IMG/VR virus record: IMGVR_UViG_3300025110_000013
Span: 1 to 61,889 of that record
DNA from: a virus
Lineage: Duplodnaviria; Caudoviricetes
Reading direction: 5' to 3' (one strand)
Length of the DNA stretch: 61,889 bases
Shown: piece by piece, positions 7,691-17,749 of the stretch
How the letters are laid out: every line of letters begins with the position of its first letter
Position numbering within the stretch: the first letter of the stretch is position 1
Notes under the pieces: generated by a model
Seen by the model: the letters and a program-made list of their open reading frames with translations, nothing else
The model's database searches: none
Told to the model about the DNA's origin: nothing
Made by a program: the position numbers and the translations under genes

Positions 7691-10152
7691 TGGCGATTGA
7701 GAAAGGATTATATGCGGCACCTGATGGGTTAGAGGGTGAGTTACTGTCTAGGGAAGAGCAAGAGCTAGAAATTGAGATCGTTAACCCTGACATGGTGACA
7801 CTCGATGATGGCAGTGTAGAGATCACGATAGTACCCGGTTCAGGGATGGAAGGAGAGATGTCCTTCGATATGAATCTAGCTGATGTGCTAGATGAAAGTG
7901 ACTTAAATGAGTTATCTCAAGAGATTCTTGGTTCTATAGACGCAGATATAGATAGCCGCAAAGATTGGGCGGATACGTTTGTTAAAGGACTAGATGTACT
8001 TGGGTTTAAGTACGAAGAAAGAACAGAACCGTGGGAAGGGGCTTGTGGAGTTTACTCTACGGTCTTAGCAGAAGCGGCCATACGTTTCCAAGCGGAGACA
8101 ATGAGTGAGACCTTTCCAGCAGCAGGGCCAGTACGGACTAAAATCCTTGGGGAAGAAACGAAGGACAAGGAAGATGCTTCGTTAAGAGTTAAGGCGGATA
8201 TGAACTATGAGCTAACTGAGCGCATGGTTGAGTACCGCCCTGAACATGAGCGTCTACTGTATAGCCTTGGTCTGGCAGGATCAGCATTTAAGAAAGTATA
8301 TTTTGATCCGAACTTGGGTAGACAGGTCGCTGTCTATATCCCTGCTGAAGATGTGATAATTCCTTACGGAGCGTCGAACATTGAGACAGCAGAGCGTGTC
8401 ACCCACGTTATGCGTAAGACTAAGAATGATCTTAAGAAACTACAGGTTAGTGGGTTCTACCGAGATTTTGATTTAGGTGATCCGCAGCCGTTTCATACTG
8501 ACATAGAGAAAGCCAAGGCAGAAGAAGGCGGATTCTCTTTAACTGATGATAATCGGTTTGCAGTTTACGAAATCCATGCAGATTTAATTATTGAAGGGTT
8601 GGATGACTCTGAAGATGAAATTGCAAAGCCTTACGTTGTTACGATAGAGAAAGGTTCAGGTGAAGTATTAGGCATCCGTAGAAATTGGAATCCTGACGAC
8701 CAACTTACTTTAAAACGCCAGCATTTCGTACATTATGTTTATGTCCCCGGCTTTGGATTCTACGGGTTAGGGTTGATACATATAATAGGGGGGTACGCGA
8801 AAGCGGGTACGTCTCTTATACGGCAGTTGGTGGATGCAGGGACACTATCTAATCTTCCGGGTGGTTTAAAGGCCCGTGGCTTACGTATTAAAGGGGATGA
8901 TACCCCGATAGAGCCGGGTGAGTTTAAAGATGTAGATGTCCCGTCAGGAAGTATCCGCGACAACATTATGACGCTTCCTTACAAGGAACCGAGTCAGACT
9001 CTACTAGCACTCCTTAATCAGATTACTACAGAAGGTAGACGGTTAGGGGCAATTAGTGACATGAATATCTCTGATATGTCAGCTAATGCGCCGGTAGGTA
9101 CGACTCTGGCGTTGTTAGAACGCACCCTCAAGCCTATGGCAGCGGTACAGGCACGCGTCCACTACGCGATGAAGCAAGAGTTTAAATTGCTTAAAGCGAT
9201 TATAGAGGAGTATGCGCCCGCAGAGTACGGGTATGAGCCGGTACGAGGGGAAGTTAGCGCACGACAGGCAGATTACGCGTTAGTGGATGTAATTCCTGTT
9301 AGTGATCCTAATAGTTCCACAATGGCACAGCGGGTAGTTCAGTATCAAGCTGTCCTACAAATGTCTCAATCTGCACCTCAGATATATGATTTGCCGCAGT
9401 TACACAGACAGATGATCGAGGTGTTAGGGGTTAAGAACGCGGATAAGTTAGTGCCCACGGAAGATGATGCCAAACCGACAGATCCTGTTAGTGAGAATAT
9501 GGACGCGTTGATTGGTAAACCGATGAAAGCGTTTATCTACCAAGACCATGACGCTCATATCGCAACTCACCAAGCGTTTATACAAGATCCTATGATTGCT
9601 CAAACCATTGGGCAGAACCCACAAGCGCAACAGATTATGGCGTCCTTACAGGCGCATATAGCAGAGCACCTTGGGTTTAGATACCGCAAGCAAATAGAAG
9701 AGAAGTTAGGTGTACCATTACCGGCACCCAACGAAGAGATGCCGGAAGATATGGAAGTTAATCTGGCAAGGTTGGTGGCTGATGCTGGTAAACAGCTTAC
9801 ACAGGCCCATCAACAAGCGGCAGCGCAGCAACAAGCCCAGCAGCAAGCACAAGATCCTTTGGTGCAGATGCAACAAGCTGAGTTGCAGCTTAAAGGTCAG
9901 GAAGCGCAACGCAAAGCGCAGAAAGATCAGGCAGATATACAACTTAAAGCAGCAGAACTGGAAAGGAAGACCAAGAAGGATCAGGCAGATGCTGCGGTAG
10001 ATATGGAACAACTTAAGTTGGACAGGGAAGAGCTGGTTATCGATGCGAAAAAATCAGGCGTGAAAATGGCGGCTGATCGACGTAGAGATAATACCAAATC
10101 GGATTTGGACTTACTTAAAGTAATGAATGAGGGCAAAAAAGGTAAAGAATAA
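7690..10152 (+). CDS. Portal protein with a long C-terminal coiled coil (P22-like)
   Basis: 820 aa, follows TerL; GSAFKKVY motif; Q-rich helical C-terminus. Confidence 0.88.
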   Translation: MAIEKGLYAAPDGLEGELLSREEQELEIEIVNPDMVTLDDGSVEITIVPGSGMEGEMSFDMNLADVLDESDLNELSQEILGSIDADIDSRKDWADTFVKGLDVLGFKYEERTEPWEGACGVYSTVLAEAAIRFQAETMSETFPAAGPVRTKILGEETKDKEDASLRVKADMNYELTERMVEYRPEHERLLYSLGLAGSAFKKVYFDPNLGRQVAVYIPAEDVIIPYGASNIETAERVTHVMRKTKNDLKKLQVSGFYRDFDLGDPQPFHTDIEKAKAEEGGFSLTDDNRFAVYEIHADLIIEGLDDSEDEIAKPYVVTIEKGSGEVLGIRRNWNPDDQLTLKRQHFVHYVYVPGFGFYGLGLIHIIGGYAKAGTSLIRQLVDAGTLSNLPGGLKARGLRIKGDDTPIEPGEFKDVDVPSGSIRDNIMTLPYKEPSQTLLALLNQITTEGRRLGAISDMNISDMSANAPVGTTLALLERTLKPMAAVQARVHYAMKQEFKLLKAIIEEYAPAEYGYEPVRGEVSARQADYALVDVIPVSDPNSSTMAQRVVQYQAVLQMSQSAPQIYDLPQLHRQMIEVLGVKNADKLVPTEDDAKPTDPVSENMDALIGKPMKAFIYQDHDAHIATHQAFIQDPMIAQTIGQNPQAQQIMASLQAHIAEHLGFRYRKQIEEKLGVPLPAPNEEMPEDMEVNLARLVADAGKQLTQAHQQAAAQQQAQQQAQDPLVQMQQAELQLKGQEAQRKAQKDQADIQLKAAELERKTKKDQADAAVDMEQLKLDREELVIDAKKSGVKMAADRRRDNTKSDLDLLKVMNEGKKGKE

Positions 10153-10154
10153 CT

Positions 10155-10352
10155 ATGGCAAAAACCATCTTTGATGTGCTTAAAGAAAAAATCGAGGAAG
10201 ATAAAGCCTCTGCATTAGAATTTCTTGGTGGTGGGGGAGCTAAAGACTACTCCCAGTACTCAGAAGTAACAGGTTTAATTCGGGGTCTACAAACCTGTTT
10301 AGGATACATAGATGACCTCTCGCGTAATTATTTGGAAGATGACGATGGCTAA
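10155..10352 (+). CDS. Small conserved head-module protein
   Basis: 65 aa between portal and GroES. Confidence 0.7.
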   Translation: MAKTIFDVLKEKIEEDKASALEFLGGGGAKDYSQYSEVTGLIRGLQTCLGYIDDLSRNYLEDDDG

Positions 10353-10725
10353 AGCAGCAAAATCAGTAGAGATGATGGAACAGGAACTTGAGGAACAACT
10401 ACCGAAACCTGTAGGTTATAGAGTGTTAGTAGCACTTCCCAATATCGAAGAGACTTTTGATGGTTCTGACCTGATAAAAGCAAACACGACCAAACACCAT
10501 GAGTACATTATGTCCATAATAGGGCTTGTAGTGGATATGGGTAGCGAGGCTTATGGAGATAAAGAAAGATTCTCCTCTGGGCCGTGGTGTAAACAAGGTG
10601 ATTATGTTATGTTTCGCGCCAATACGGGTACACGATTTACCGTAGGTGGGCAAGAATACCGTTTAATGAATGATGATTCTATCGAGGCAGTAGTAGCTGA
10701 TCCTCGTGGTGTACAGAGAGCATAG
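10345..10725 (+). CDS. groES: GroES-like co-chaperonin
   Basis: KPVGYRVLV, GLVVDMG, GDYVMF and YRLMNDDSIEAVV fit the Cpn10 pattern; probable ATG at 10345. Confidence 0.85.
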   Translation: MAKAAKSVEMMEQELEEQLPKPVGYRVLVALPNIEETFDGSDLIKANTTKHHEYIMSIIGLVVDMGSEAYGDKERFSSGPWCKQGDYVMFRANTGTRFTVGGQEYRLMNDDSIEAVVADPRGVQRA

Positions 10726-10735
10726 GAGGTAAAAC

Positions 10736-11755
10736 ATGGCATTTCAAAAAGTAGAATACTCATTTCCAGAGGGCGAAGAGAAAGAATCGGTGGACACAGA
10801 TATAGAAATAGAAGACTCTGGTGCTATTGAAGTAGACATTTCAGGTAAAGCGCCAGAACCTGAAGCAAAAGAAGAGACGGTTGAAGAAGCTGTAGATATA
10901 GAGGTGGTTGATGACACCCCTAAAGCGGATCGAAACCGTAAACCTTCAGATCCTCCGACAGAGGTTACAGACGAAGAATTAGAGGAGTATTCTGAAAAGG
11001 TACGTAATCGTATAAAGCATTTTAGTAAAGGCTACCATGATGAACGTCGTGCTAAAGAATCTGCCCAACGGGAGAAAGACGAATTAGAACGTCTTGCTCA
11101 ACGACTTGTTGATGAAAACAAGGAATTAAAAGGCAGTGTAACTAAAAACCAAAATGCGTTATTAGAGCAAGCCAAAAAGAATACGACCGCTGAATTAGAG
11201 CAAGCGAAACAAGAATACCGCAGCGCACATGAGGTAGGTGATACAGATGCGCTGCTTAATGCTCAAGAGAAACTAACTACTGCTAAATTAAGGGCAGACA
11301 AGTTAGATAATTTTGAAATACCTTCTTTACAGGAAGACGAAACTCCTGTACAACAAGGCGAATACGACACCCGTACGCAGAATGTCGAACGTGATGTAAA
11401 AGCCGAGGAGTGGGCAGAAGCTAACCCTTGGTTTAATACAGACGATGAGATGCGTGGATACGCATACGGGTTGCATACTAAACTCATTAAAGGAGGAGTT
11501 GATCCACAAAGTGACGAATACTATGAGACTATTGATTCTCGTATGCGAACGACATTCCCTGATTACTTTCAGGAAGAACCGGAAGTTGAGAAACCGAAGC
11601 GACAATCTAACGTGGTTGCACCCGCTACGCGGAGCACAGCACCTAAAAAGGTGAAACTAACGCAAACACAAGTGGCCCTCGCCAATAGGCTTGGAGTTCC
11701 ACTAGAAGAATACGCCAAACAGGCTGCACTTGAAGAGAGGAGACAAAATGGCTGA
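10736..11755 (+). CDS. Capsid scaffolding protein
   Basis: Acidic N-terminus, long coiled coil, C-terminal LTQTQVALANRLGVPLEEYAKQ; upstream of the capsid genes. Confidence 0.75.
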   Translation: MAFQKVEYSFPEGEEKESVDTDIEIEDSGAIEVDISGKAPEPEAKEETVEEAVDIEVVDDTPKADRNRKPSDPPTEVTDEELEEYSEKVRNRIKHFSKGYHDERRAKESAQREKDELERLAQRLVDENKELKGSVTKNQNALLEQAKKNTTAELEQAKQEYRSAHEVGDTDALLNAQEKLTTAKLRADKLDNFEIPSLQEDETPVQQGEYDTRTQNVERDVKAEEWAEANPWFNTDDEMRGYAYGLHTKLIKGGVDPQSDEYYETIDSRMRTTFPDYFQEEPEVEKPKRQSNVVAPATRSTAPKKVKLTQTQVALANRLGVPLEEYAKQAALEERRQNG

Positions 11756-12197
11756 GAACAGACTAAATCGTGAAAACACTACTCGGGAAAAGAATGTCCG
11801 AAAGCGAGCTTGGCAGCGTCCAGAGACGTTACCATCACCTACGCCACAAGACGGATATGAGTTTCACTGGGTTCGTGTTAGCACACAGGGACTGGTCGAT
11901 GCTACTAATGTTTCTTCTAAGTTACGTGAAGGTTGGGAACCCTGTTTAGCAAAGGATCACCCCGAGATTACGATGGTCACTGTAGAGCAAGAACGCTTTG
12001 CAGATAATGTTGTAATCGGTGGATTGATGCTTTGTAAGGCTCCAAGAGAATTGGTCGAAGAACGTAATGAGTACTTTGACCAGCAAACACAATCTCAAAT
12101 GGCCTCTGTGGATAACAACCTAATGCGCGAAAATGATGCTCGTATGCCTCTATTTAATGATAGGCAATCGAAAGTCACTTTCGGACAAGGCAATTAA
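11748..12197 (+). CDS. Conserved head-module protein
   Basis: GGAG SD and ATG at 11748; REGWEP and GGLMLCK motifs. Confidence 0.75.
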   Translation: MAENRLNRENTTREKNVRKRAWQRPETLPSPTPQDGYEFHWVRVSTQGLVDATNVSSKLREGWEPCLAKDHPEITMVTVEQERFADNVVIGGLMLCKAPRELVEERNEYFDQQTQSQMASVDNNLMRENDARMPLFNDRQSKVTFGQGN

Positions 12198-12222
12198 ACA
12201 TTTTAGTTTTTAGAGGTTAATT

Positions 12223-12822
12223 ATGGCATATCCTACTGTTGATGCCCCTTACGGACTAAAGCCGGTTAATTTAATCGGTGGGCAAGTTTTTGCTGGGTCT
12301 ACTCGTCAGATAAAAATCGCTTCCAACTACGGCACCGCTATTTTCTATGGTGATGTTGTTAAGTATGCAAACGATGGTACTCTGAACATTGACTCTGGCA
12401 CGACTACTGCCACTCCTATCGGGGTTTTTCTTGGGTGTACGTACACTGATCCTTCTACTAGTCAACTGACATTTAGGCAATCATATCCTGCAAGCACTGT
12501 TGCAAGTGATATTATGGCTTATGTGCTAGATGATCCTGACGCACTATTTAAAGTAGCTGCGGTATCAGGTACAACGACTGTAGCTGGTTACGGACGTACT
12601 ATCGTAAACAATAACGTATCATTGGTTCAAAATACTGGATCAAGTGTTACGGGTAATTCCAAAGTTGGTATTCTCGGTAGCTCCGCTGCAACTACTGCCA
12701 CTCTCCCTATCAGGATTGTTGATGTAGTTCCAGATACTGCTACCGCGTCAGATACCTTTGTTGAATTTATAGTTAAGTTCAACTTTGGGGATCACCAATA
12801 TTATAACGCTACTGGCGTATAG
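12223..12822 (+). CDS. Probable capsid decoration/cement protein
   Basis: Beta-rich, T/G-rich, 199 aa, directly before the MCP. Confidence 0.6.
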   Translation: MAYPTVDAPYGLKPVNLIGGQVFAGSTRQIKIASNYGTAIFYGDVVKYANDGTLNIDSGTTTATPIGVFLGCTYTDPSTSQLTFRQSYPASTVASDIMAYVLDDPDALFKVAAVSGTTTVAGYGRTIVNNNVSLVQNTGSSVTGNSKVGILGSSAATTATLPIRIVDVVPDTATASDTFVEFIVKFNFGDHQYYNATGV

Positions 12823-12834
12823 GAGTAATTTAAT

Positions 12835-13743
12835 ATGGCTATTTCTCGCGCCCAACTATTAAAGGAACTCCTACCCGGACTAAACGCTTTGTTTGGTATG
12901 GAGTACGCTAAGTATGGGGAAGAGCATAAGGAGATTTTTGAATCAGAATCTTCTGACCGTTCTTTTGAAGAAGAAACCAAACTGTCCGGTTTCTCTGCTG
13001 CACCTGTTAAGAACGAAGGCTCTGCCATCGAGTATGACAATGCACAGGAAGCATGGACTGCTAGGTACAATCACGAAACTGTGGCTATGGGCTTTAGTGT
13101 TACAGAAGAGGCTATCGAAGATAACCTTTATGACTCACTATCGTCTCGCTACACTAAAGCTTTGGCTCGCGCTATGGCGTACACCAAGCAAGTAAAAGGT
13201 GCTTCAATTTTGAACAACGCTTTTGCTGCTGGTACTACCTATGGTGATGGTCAGACTTTGTGTTCCACGGCTCACCCGTTAGTATCTGGAGGCACAAACT
13301 CTAATCGTCCTACTACAGCATCTGACCTTAACGAGACTTCATTAGAAGCCGCAGTTATTCAGATTGCCGGATGGACTGACGAAAGAAGCCTTCTTATCGC
13401 GGCACGACCCACTAAACTCATTATCCCACCCGCATTGCAATTCGTTGCGACTCGGTTGTTGGAGACTGAGGGTAGGGTTAGTACGGCAGATAATGACATC
13501 AACGCATTACGTAATAATGGTTCAATCCCAGAGGGATACGCAATTAACCATTATCTTACCGATACTGATGCGTGGTTTGTTATGACTGACATACCTAATG
13601 GTCTAAAGCACTTTACTCGTACACCAATGTCTACATCTATGGATGCTGACTTTGATACGGGTAATAGTCGTTACAAGGCCAGAGAGCGATACTCGTTTGG
13701 GGTAAGTGATCCACTTGGGATTTTTGGATCGCCCGGAGCGTAA
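12835..13743 (+). CDS. Major capsid protein (HK97 fold, Mu gpT-like family)
   Basis: MAISRAQLLKELLPGLNALFG...KARERYSFGVSDPLGIFGSPGA; strong SD; followed by a terminator. Confidence 0.9.
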   Translation: MAISRAQLLKELLPGLNALFGMEYAKYGEEHKEIFESESSDRSFEEETKLSGFSAAPVKNEGSAIEYDNAQEAWTARYNHETVAMGFSVTEEAIEDNLYDSLSSRYTKALARAMAYTKQVKGASILNNAFAAGTTYGDGQTLCSTAHPLVSGGTNSNRPTTASDLNETSLEAAVIQIAGWTDERSLLIAARPTKLIIPPALQFVATRLLETEGRVSTADNDINALRNNGSIPEGYAINHYLTDTDAWFVMTDIPNGLKHFTRTPMSTSMDADFDTGNSRYKARERYSFGVSDPLGIFGSPGA

Positions 13744-13759
13744 TACGCAGATCGAAGAT

Positions 13760-13786
13760 GGGGGTACTTGTTACCCCCTTTTTTTT
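13760..13786 (+). terminator. Rho-independent terminator after the MCP
   Basis: GGGGGTA-CTTGT-TACCCCC followed by T8. Confidence 0.9.
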
Positions 13787-13854
13787 GTTATAAGATCAGG
13801 TTTGCCCTGACAGTTACATACCGTAGCTGACACTAGCCAAGACAGGAGACAAAC

Positions 13855-14475
13855 ATGGCTGTTACTACCTTTTCAGGCCCAGTTCGCTCGCAGAACGGGT
13901 TCCAACAAATTTCTAAAAACGCTACTACTGGAGCCGTTACGGTTACTAGTGGTGATAAAATGGCAGTTGAAGCCACTTCGGATGCTGGTATTGAAGGCAC
14001 CGCAGGAGTTTATGTAACTCAAGTTAATCGCTTAAAGAGTGATGTTGACACTAACGTAAATGTCGTTAAGACAACAATTATGATTGATCTTACAGGTTTA
14101 CGAGATGGTGGTACTGCTGGTGATATCATCGGTAAAGATGGTGACGGTGTAGCCTTTATTGGACAGGTTACCACTGCTAACCAAGGTACTGTATTCGGTG
14201 TAACCATGACTTGTGTAGAAACTCCTGCTGGCGGTGGCACAGACATAGATCTGTATTCTGCTACTGAAGGCACAGGTGTTAACGACACAGCGATTGGCGA
14301 CTTAACTGAAACTCAGATTATCAACGCTGGTGCTGCTTCCGCAGGGACTATGGTTGCTGGCGGGGACATCGCAGCAGACCAATACTTGTATTTAGTAGGC
14401 CAAGGCACAGGTCATGCTGCTTATACAGCGGGCCGGTTCCTGATTGAGATCACTGGGTACGACGTAGCATCATAA
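13855..14475 (+). CDS. Virion structural protein (putative)
   Basis: G/T/A-rich beta protein; TTFSGPVRS N-terminus; late-operon position. Confidence 0.6.
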   Translation: MAVTTFSGPVRSQNGFQQISKNATTGAVTVTSGDKMAVEATSDAGIEGTAGVYVTQVNRLKSDVDTNVNVVKTTIMIDLTGLRDGGTAGDIIGKDGDGVAFIGQVTTANQGTVFGVTMTCVETPAGGGTDIDLYSATEGTGVNDTAIGDLTETQIINAGAASAGTMVAGGDIAADQYLYLVGQGTGHAAYTAGRFLIEITGYDVAS

Positions 14476-14485
14476 GGAGGTAAGT

Positions 14486-15091
14486 ATGTCTTCTGACATT
14501 CAATCGACCTTTATAGAGGCCGCTACGGCAGATGCTGACGGGGTTTGTACTTCACAGACTCCATCCGGGGCTGGTAACCTCACTATAAACGGTACGTTAG
14601 CAGATGGCGGGGCGGTTACATTTGACCAGCCTCGACAAATTACTGTTACAGGCGGTAGCGATGAGTCTGGTAAAACATTTACTGTTACAGGTACGGATGA
14701 AACAGGCACTGCTGTTTCAGAAGTAATTACAGGCCCAAATGCTACTACTGTCACTAGTACAGGTTATTTTGCAACCATTAGCCAGATTGCTGTATCAGCA
14801 GCAACTGCTGGGGCCATAACAGTGGGTTCTGCGGCTACCATAGCGGCTCCTATCTTTAGAGGTAGGCTACGGCTTCGTGGTATGTATGTGGTCAATACAG
14901 GTTCAGCAGGGACTATTACGTTCAGGCAGACCTCGGCTACAGGCGCAATTAAAATGCAATTTAATACGGTATCTTCAGCCAATACGACTCAGTATCCTGA
15001 TGTACCGGATGATGGGCTATTGTTTGTGAGTGGCGGGTATGTCTTGTACACACAAACACACTTGTCTTCTATGACGTTATTTTATTCGTAG
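14486..15091 (+). CDS. Virion structural protein (putative)
   Basis: T/G/A-rich; FTVTGTD motif; AGGAGG SD. Confidence 0.6.
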   Translation: MSSDIQSTFIEAATADADGVCTSQTPSGAGNLTINGTLADGGAVTFDQPRQITVTGGSDESGKTFTVTGTDETGTAVSEVITGPNATTVTSTGYFATISQIAVSAATAGAITVGSAATIAAPIFRGRLRLRGMYVVNTGSAGTITFRQTSATGAIKMQFNTVSSANTTQYPDVPDDGLLFVSGGYVLYTQTHLSSMTLFYS

Positions 15092-15094
15092 AAG

Positions 15095-15424
15095 ATGCGT
15101 AGCTATTACAGAACTGGCGGGCAGGTTAAGCGTAGGAAGGCTGCAAAACGCAAACCAGATGATATGCCCGCTAGGAACAAAAAGAATTTTCGTTCTACTA
15201 AAAGTGGAGCGGGGATGACTAAAAAAGGAGTCGCAGCTTACCGAAGGAAGAACCCCGGAAGTAAGCTACAGACTGCTGTGACGGAAGATAAACCGAAAGG
15301 TAAACGAGCAGCACGAAGAAAGTCTTATTGTGCTCGCTCTGCGGGTCAGATGAAAAAATTCCCTAAAGCAGCTAAAGATCCTAATTCTAGGTTGCGACAG
15401 GCGCGGAGACGGTGGAAATGTTAA
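15095..15424 (+). CDS. Small very basic protein (DUF6321-like)
   Basis: RRKSYCARS and RRRWKC motifs; K/R-rich. Confidence 0.7.
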   Translation: MRSYYRTGGQVKRRKAAKRKPDDMPARNKKNFRSTKSGAGMTKKGVAAYRRKNPGSKLQTAVTEDKPKGKRAARRKSYCARSAGQMKKFPKAAKDPNSRLRQARRRWKC

Positions 15425-15425
15425 T

Positions 15426-16100
15426 ATGGCATATTTACAGAGTAACATTCCGTACTTTAAATGTTGGGTACGGAAAGAATATACACACAACCATGAGAAG
15501 TATCATGGCGAGTTTATTCATGCGATGGCGATTGCTGTCACAACAATGCCGACAAGGTGTTTAAGTTTTCAGTTAATTTTTACTGGAGCAGAGACCTATG
15601 ACGACAAAAAGAAATCAAATACACATGGAGGGGCCATGTGGGCGCGTATGCCAATTACCGCCTTGGTCGGAGATACCCCTTTTGAAGAATGGCCTGAACC
15701 AATGCCGGTATGGGCTGCACAACCTTGGGACTGTAGTTCCAGAGATCATGCAGTCTATGTATTGGACAGAACAACGCCTTGTCCTTGGTTGGCAAAGATA
15801 GATAGTGAGTTTTATCCGGCTAAATATATGTTCACAGTAGATTATACAAACAATGAAATTGCTGACGATCCTGCTCAACATAAACAGAGTCATGTGCTTG
15901 AGCTTTTAGATGCAGGAGAGTGGACAGGTAATATCGTTGCTTTACCGAATAATCGAGTGCGGGTAACTCATCCAGCTTGGTTTGAAACAGGAGAAGGTGC
16001 GCCAGATTTTAAACCGTCTCAACACATTCACTACAGTAAATCAGATTTAGACTATACACTTGATGTAAATCAGGTGTTCAACAATTTATACGCGGAGTGA
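15426..16100 (+). CDS. Conserved hypothetical protein
   Basis: 224 aa; QPWDC, HKQSH and PNNR motifs. Confidence 0.75.
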   Translation: MAYLQSNIPYFKCWVRKEYTHNHEKYHGEFIHAMAIAVTTMPTRCLSFQLIFTGAETYDDKKKSNTHGGAMWARMPITALVGDTPFEEWPEPMPVWAAQPWDCSSRDHAVYVLDRTTPCPWLAKIDSEFYPAKYMFTVDYTNNEIADDPAQHKQSHVLELLDAGEWTGNIVALPNNRVRVTHPAWFETGEGAPDFKPSQHIHYSKSDLDYTLDVNQVFNNLYAE

Positions 16101-16104
16101 CGGC

Positions 16105-17019
16105 ATGGCTAATAGAGAATCAGCGGCAGAAAGACTAGAACGTAGGAGAAGGGAAGAAGGTACAGATGGTACGGCCCAAGACCTACGAAAAATGGGTAAG
16201 GCTATAAAAGGAGCTGGTAAGGCCATGTTTGGCATAGAAGGCAATTCCCCTTCGCAAAGATTAGAACGTGCGCGAAGAGAAGAAGCAGCGGCTAAACGTA
16301 GACCTACAAGTGACATGAAAGGCGTAAAGTTGAATCGTGAAAGAGGTATGTCTAGTAGACAGACTAGCCCTAAAACTATGACTGCTGCGGAAAGAAGGGC
16401 AGCAGGTAGGACTAAGCAAAGTCGAAGGGGCACAGTAGAGGTTAAGAAGGAACCTTCTGCTTTTACAAAGGTAGAACGTCCACCTAAAACTAACATTAAG
16501 CCTCCTAAATCTGATATGAAAACTGATATGTCCGAAGGGCGGTCACAAGTATCAGCAGATAGGGGTACAGGTACTGGGCTACCCAGAACTATTGGTTCAG
16601 CTAGGAAACAAGCTGAAAAGAAGGGCACAAAAGCTAAAACTTTCATGTCTAAATCAGGTAAGGCTAAAGCCGCTGTTACCGCAGAAGAGTTGGCTAAATT
16701 CCGTAAGAAAGCTGGCAATACCAATTTAACTTACAGAGGAGCGTTACGTAAGTTCCTTAATGAGCGAGATGGTTTAACTACTAAAAAAGCTTATGAAACG
16801 AAGAAGCCCAAGAAGATGATGGGTGGCGGTATGATGAAAACCAAAGGTATGAAAGCCGGTGGTAAGATGAAGACTAAAGGTATGAAAGCCGGTGGTAAGA
16901 TGAAGACTAAAGGTTATATGGCTGGCGGTAAGATGAAGTCCAAAGGATACAAGAAAGGCGGTAAGGTTCGTGGCGCAGGTATAGCTCGTAAGGGTGTAAG
17001 ACCTGCTAAGATGTATTAA
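16105..17019 (+). CDS. Lys/Arg-rich protein with KTKGMKAGGKM tandem repeats
   Basis: 33-nt tandem repeats at ~16830-16965; histone-like composition. Confidence 0.75.
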   Translation: MANRESAAERLERRRREEGTDGTAQDLRKMGKAIKGAGKAMFGIEGNSPSQRLERARREEAAAKRRPTSDMKGVKLNRERGMSSRQTSPKTMTAAERRAAGRTKQSRRGTVEVKKEPSAFTKVERPPKTNIKPPKSDMKTDMSEGRSQVSADRGTGTGLPRTIGSARKQAEKKGTKAKTFMSKSGKAKAAVTAEELAKFRKKAGNTNLTYRGALRKFLNERDGLTTKKAYETKKPKKMMGGGMMKTKGMKAGGKMKTKGMKAGGKMKTKGYMAGGKMKSKGYKKGGKVRGAGIARKGVRPAKMY

Positions 17020-17195
17020 TGCGTAGATACTATAAGTCAGGCGGGAAGATATGTGCAAAAGGTAAGGCTTGGGCTAAAAAAACCTTTGATACATATCCGT
17101 CTGCTTATGCGAATATGGCAGCATCTAAATACTGTAAAGATCCTAAGTATGGTAAGGGCAAAAAGAAAAAGACGAAGCGAAAAAAGGCAGCTTAG
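17019..17195 (+). CDS. Small basic protein (58 aa, YPSAYAN motif; not in ORF track)
   Basis: MRRYYKSGGKICAKGKAWAKKTFDTYPSAYANMAASKYCKDPKYGKGKKKKTKRKKAA; abuts both neighbouring genes. Confidence 0.75.
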   Translation: MRRYYKSGGKICAKGKAWAKKTFDTYPSAYANMAASKYCKDPKYGKGKKKKTKRKKAA

Positions 17196-17525
17196 ATGGG
17201 CCAGTTGAAAAAATGGCGGGATCAAAAATGGGTTCGTATTGGTACAGATGGTAAGATCAAAGGAGAATGTGGTACTTCTAAAGATAAAAAGAACCCAGAT
17301 AGGTGTCTGCCATTAGCTAAAGCTAGATCTTTAAGTCAAGCAGATAGGGCTACAACTGCTCGCAAAAAGAAAAAAGCGGGGGCCAAAGGACAAACAGTAG
17401 TATCGAATACTAAAAAGGCAAAGGTACGAACCGCAAAACGTGGTGGTTTAATGCAAGTACGCGAAAACCATAAAGGTTGTGGCGCGGTTATGCCGGGACG
17501 TAGGAAGAAAACTCTATATGTATAA
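17196..17525 (+). CDS. Basic protein (DUF5872-like)
   Basis: LKKWRDQKWV and CLP motifs. Confidence 0.65.
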   Translation: MGQLKKWRDQKWVRIGTDGKIKGECGTSKDKKNPDRCLPLAKARSLSQADRATTARKKKKAGAKGQTVVSNTKKAKVRTAKRGGLMQVRENHKGCGAVMPGRRKKTLYV

Positions 17526-17536
17526 CGGAGAACAGT

Positions 17537-17749
17537 ATGGACAAATTTGAAGTTTATCAAAACGGTAACTTTGTAGATGGTAGGCCCGTATTCCAAATTG
17601 GTGTTAAACAGGAAGACGGTTCTTACGCTATTGTAGATGGCGACTTAATGAGTGAGGAAGAAGCGAAAGTTAGGTTGGAAGAATTGCAGCCCTCTAAAAA
17701 AGCCACTGCCAAGAAAGAACCCGTTAAGAAAGCAGCTAAGAAGAAGTAG
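17537..17749 (+). CDS. Hypothetical protein
   Basis: GGAG SD; 70 aa with a K-rich tail. Confidence 0.7.
   Translation: MDKFEVYQNGNFVDGRPVFQIGVKQEDGSYAIVDGDLMSEEEAKVRLEELQPSKKATAKKEPVKKAAKKK

Noticed and set aside
13800-13850. Structured leader after the capsid terminator (CAGTTAC/GTAGCTG within CCTG/CAGG)
   Set aside because: The stems are short and could arise by chance; not supportable without homologues.
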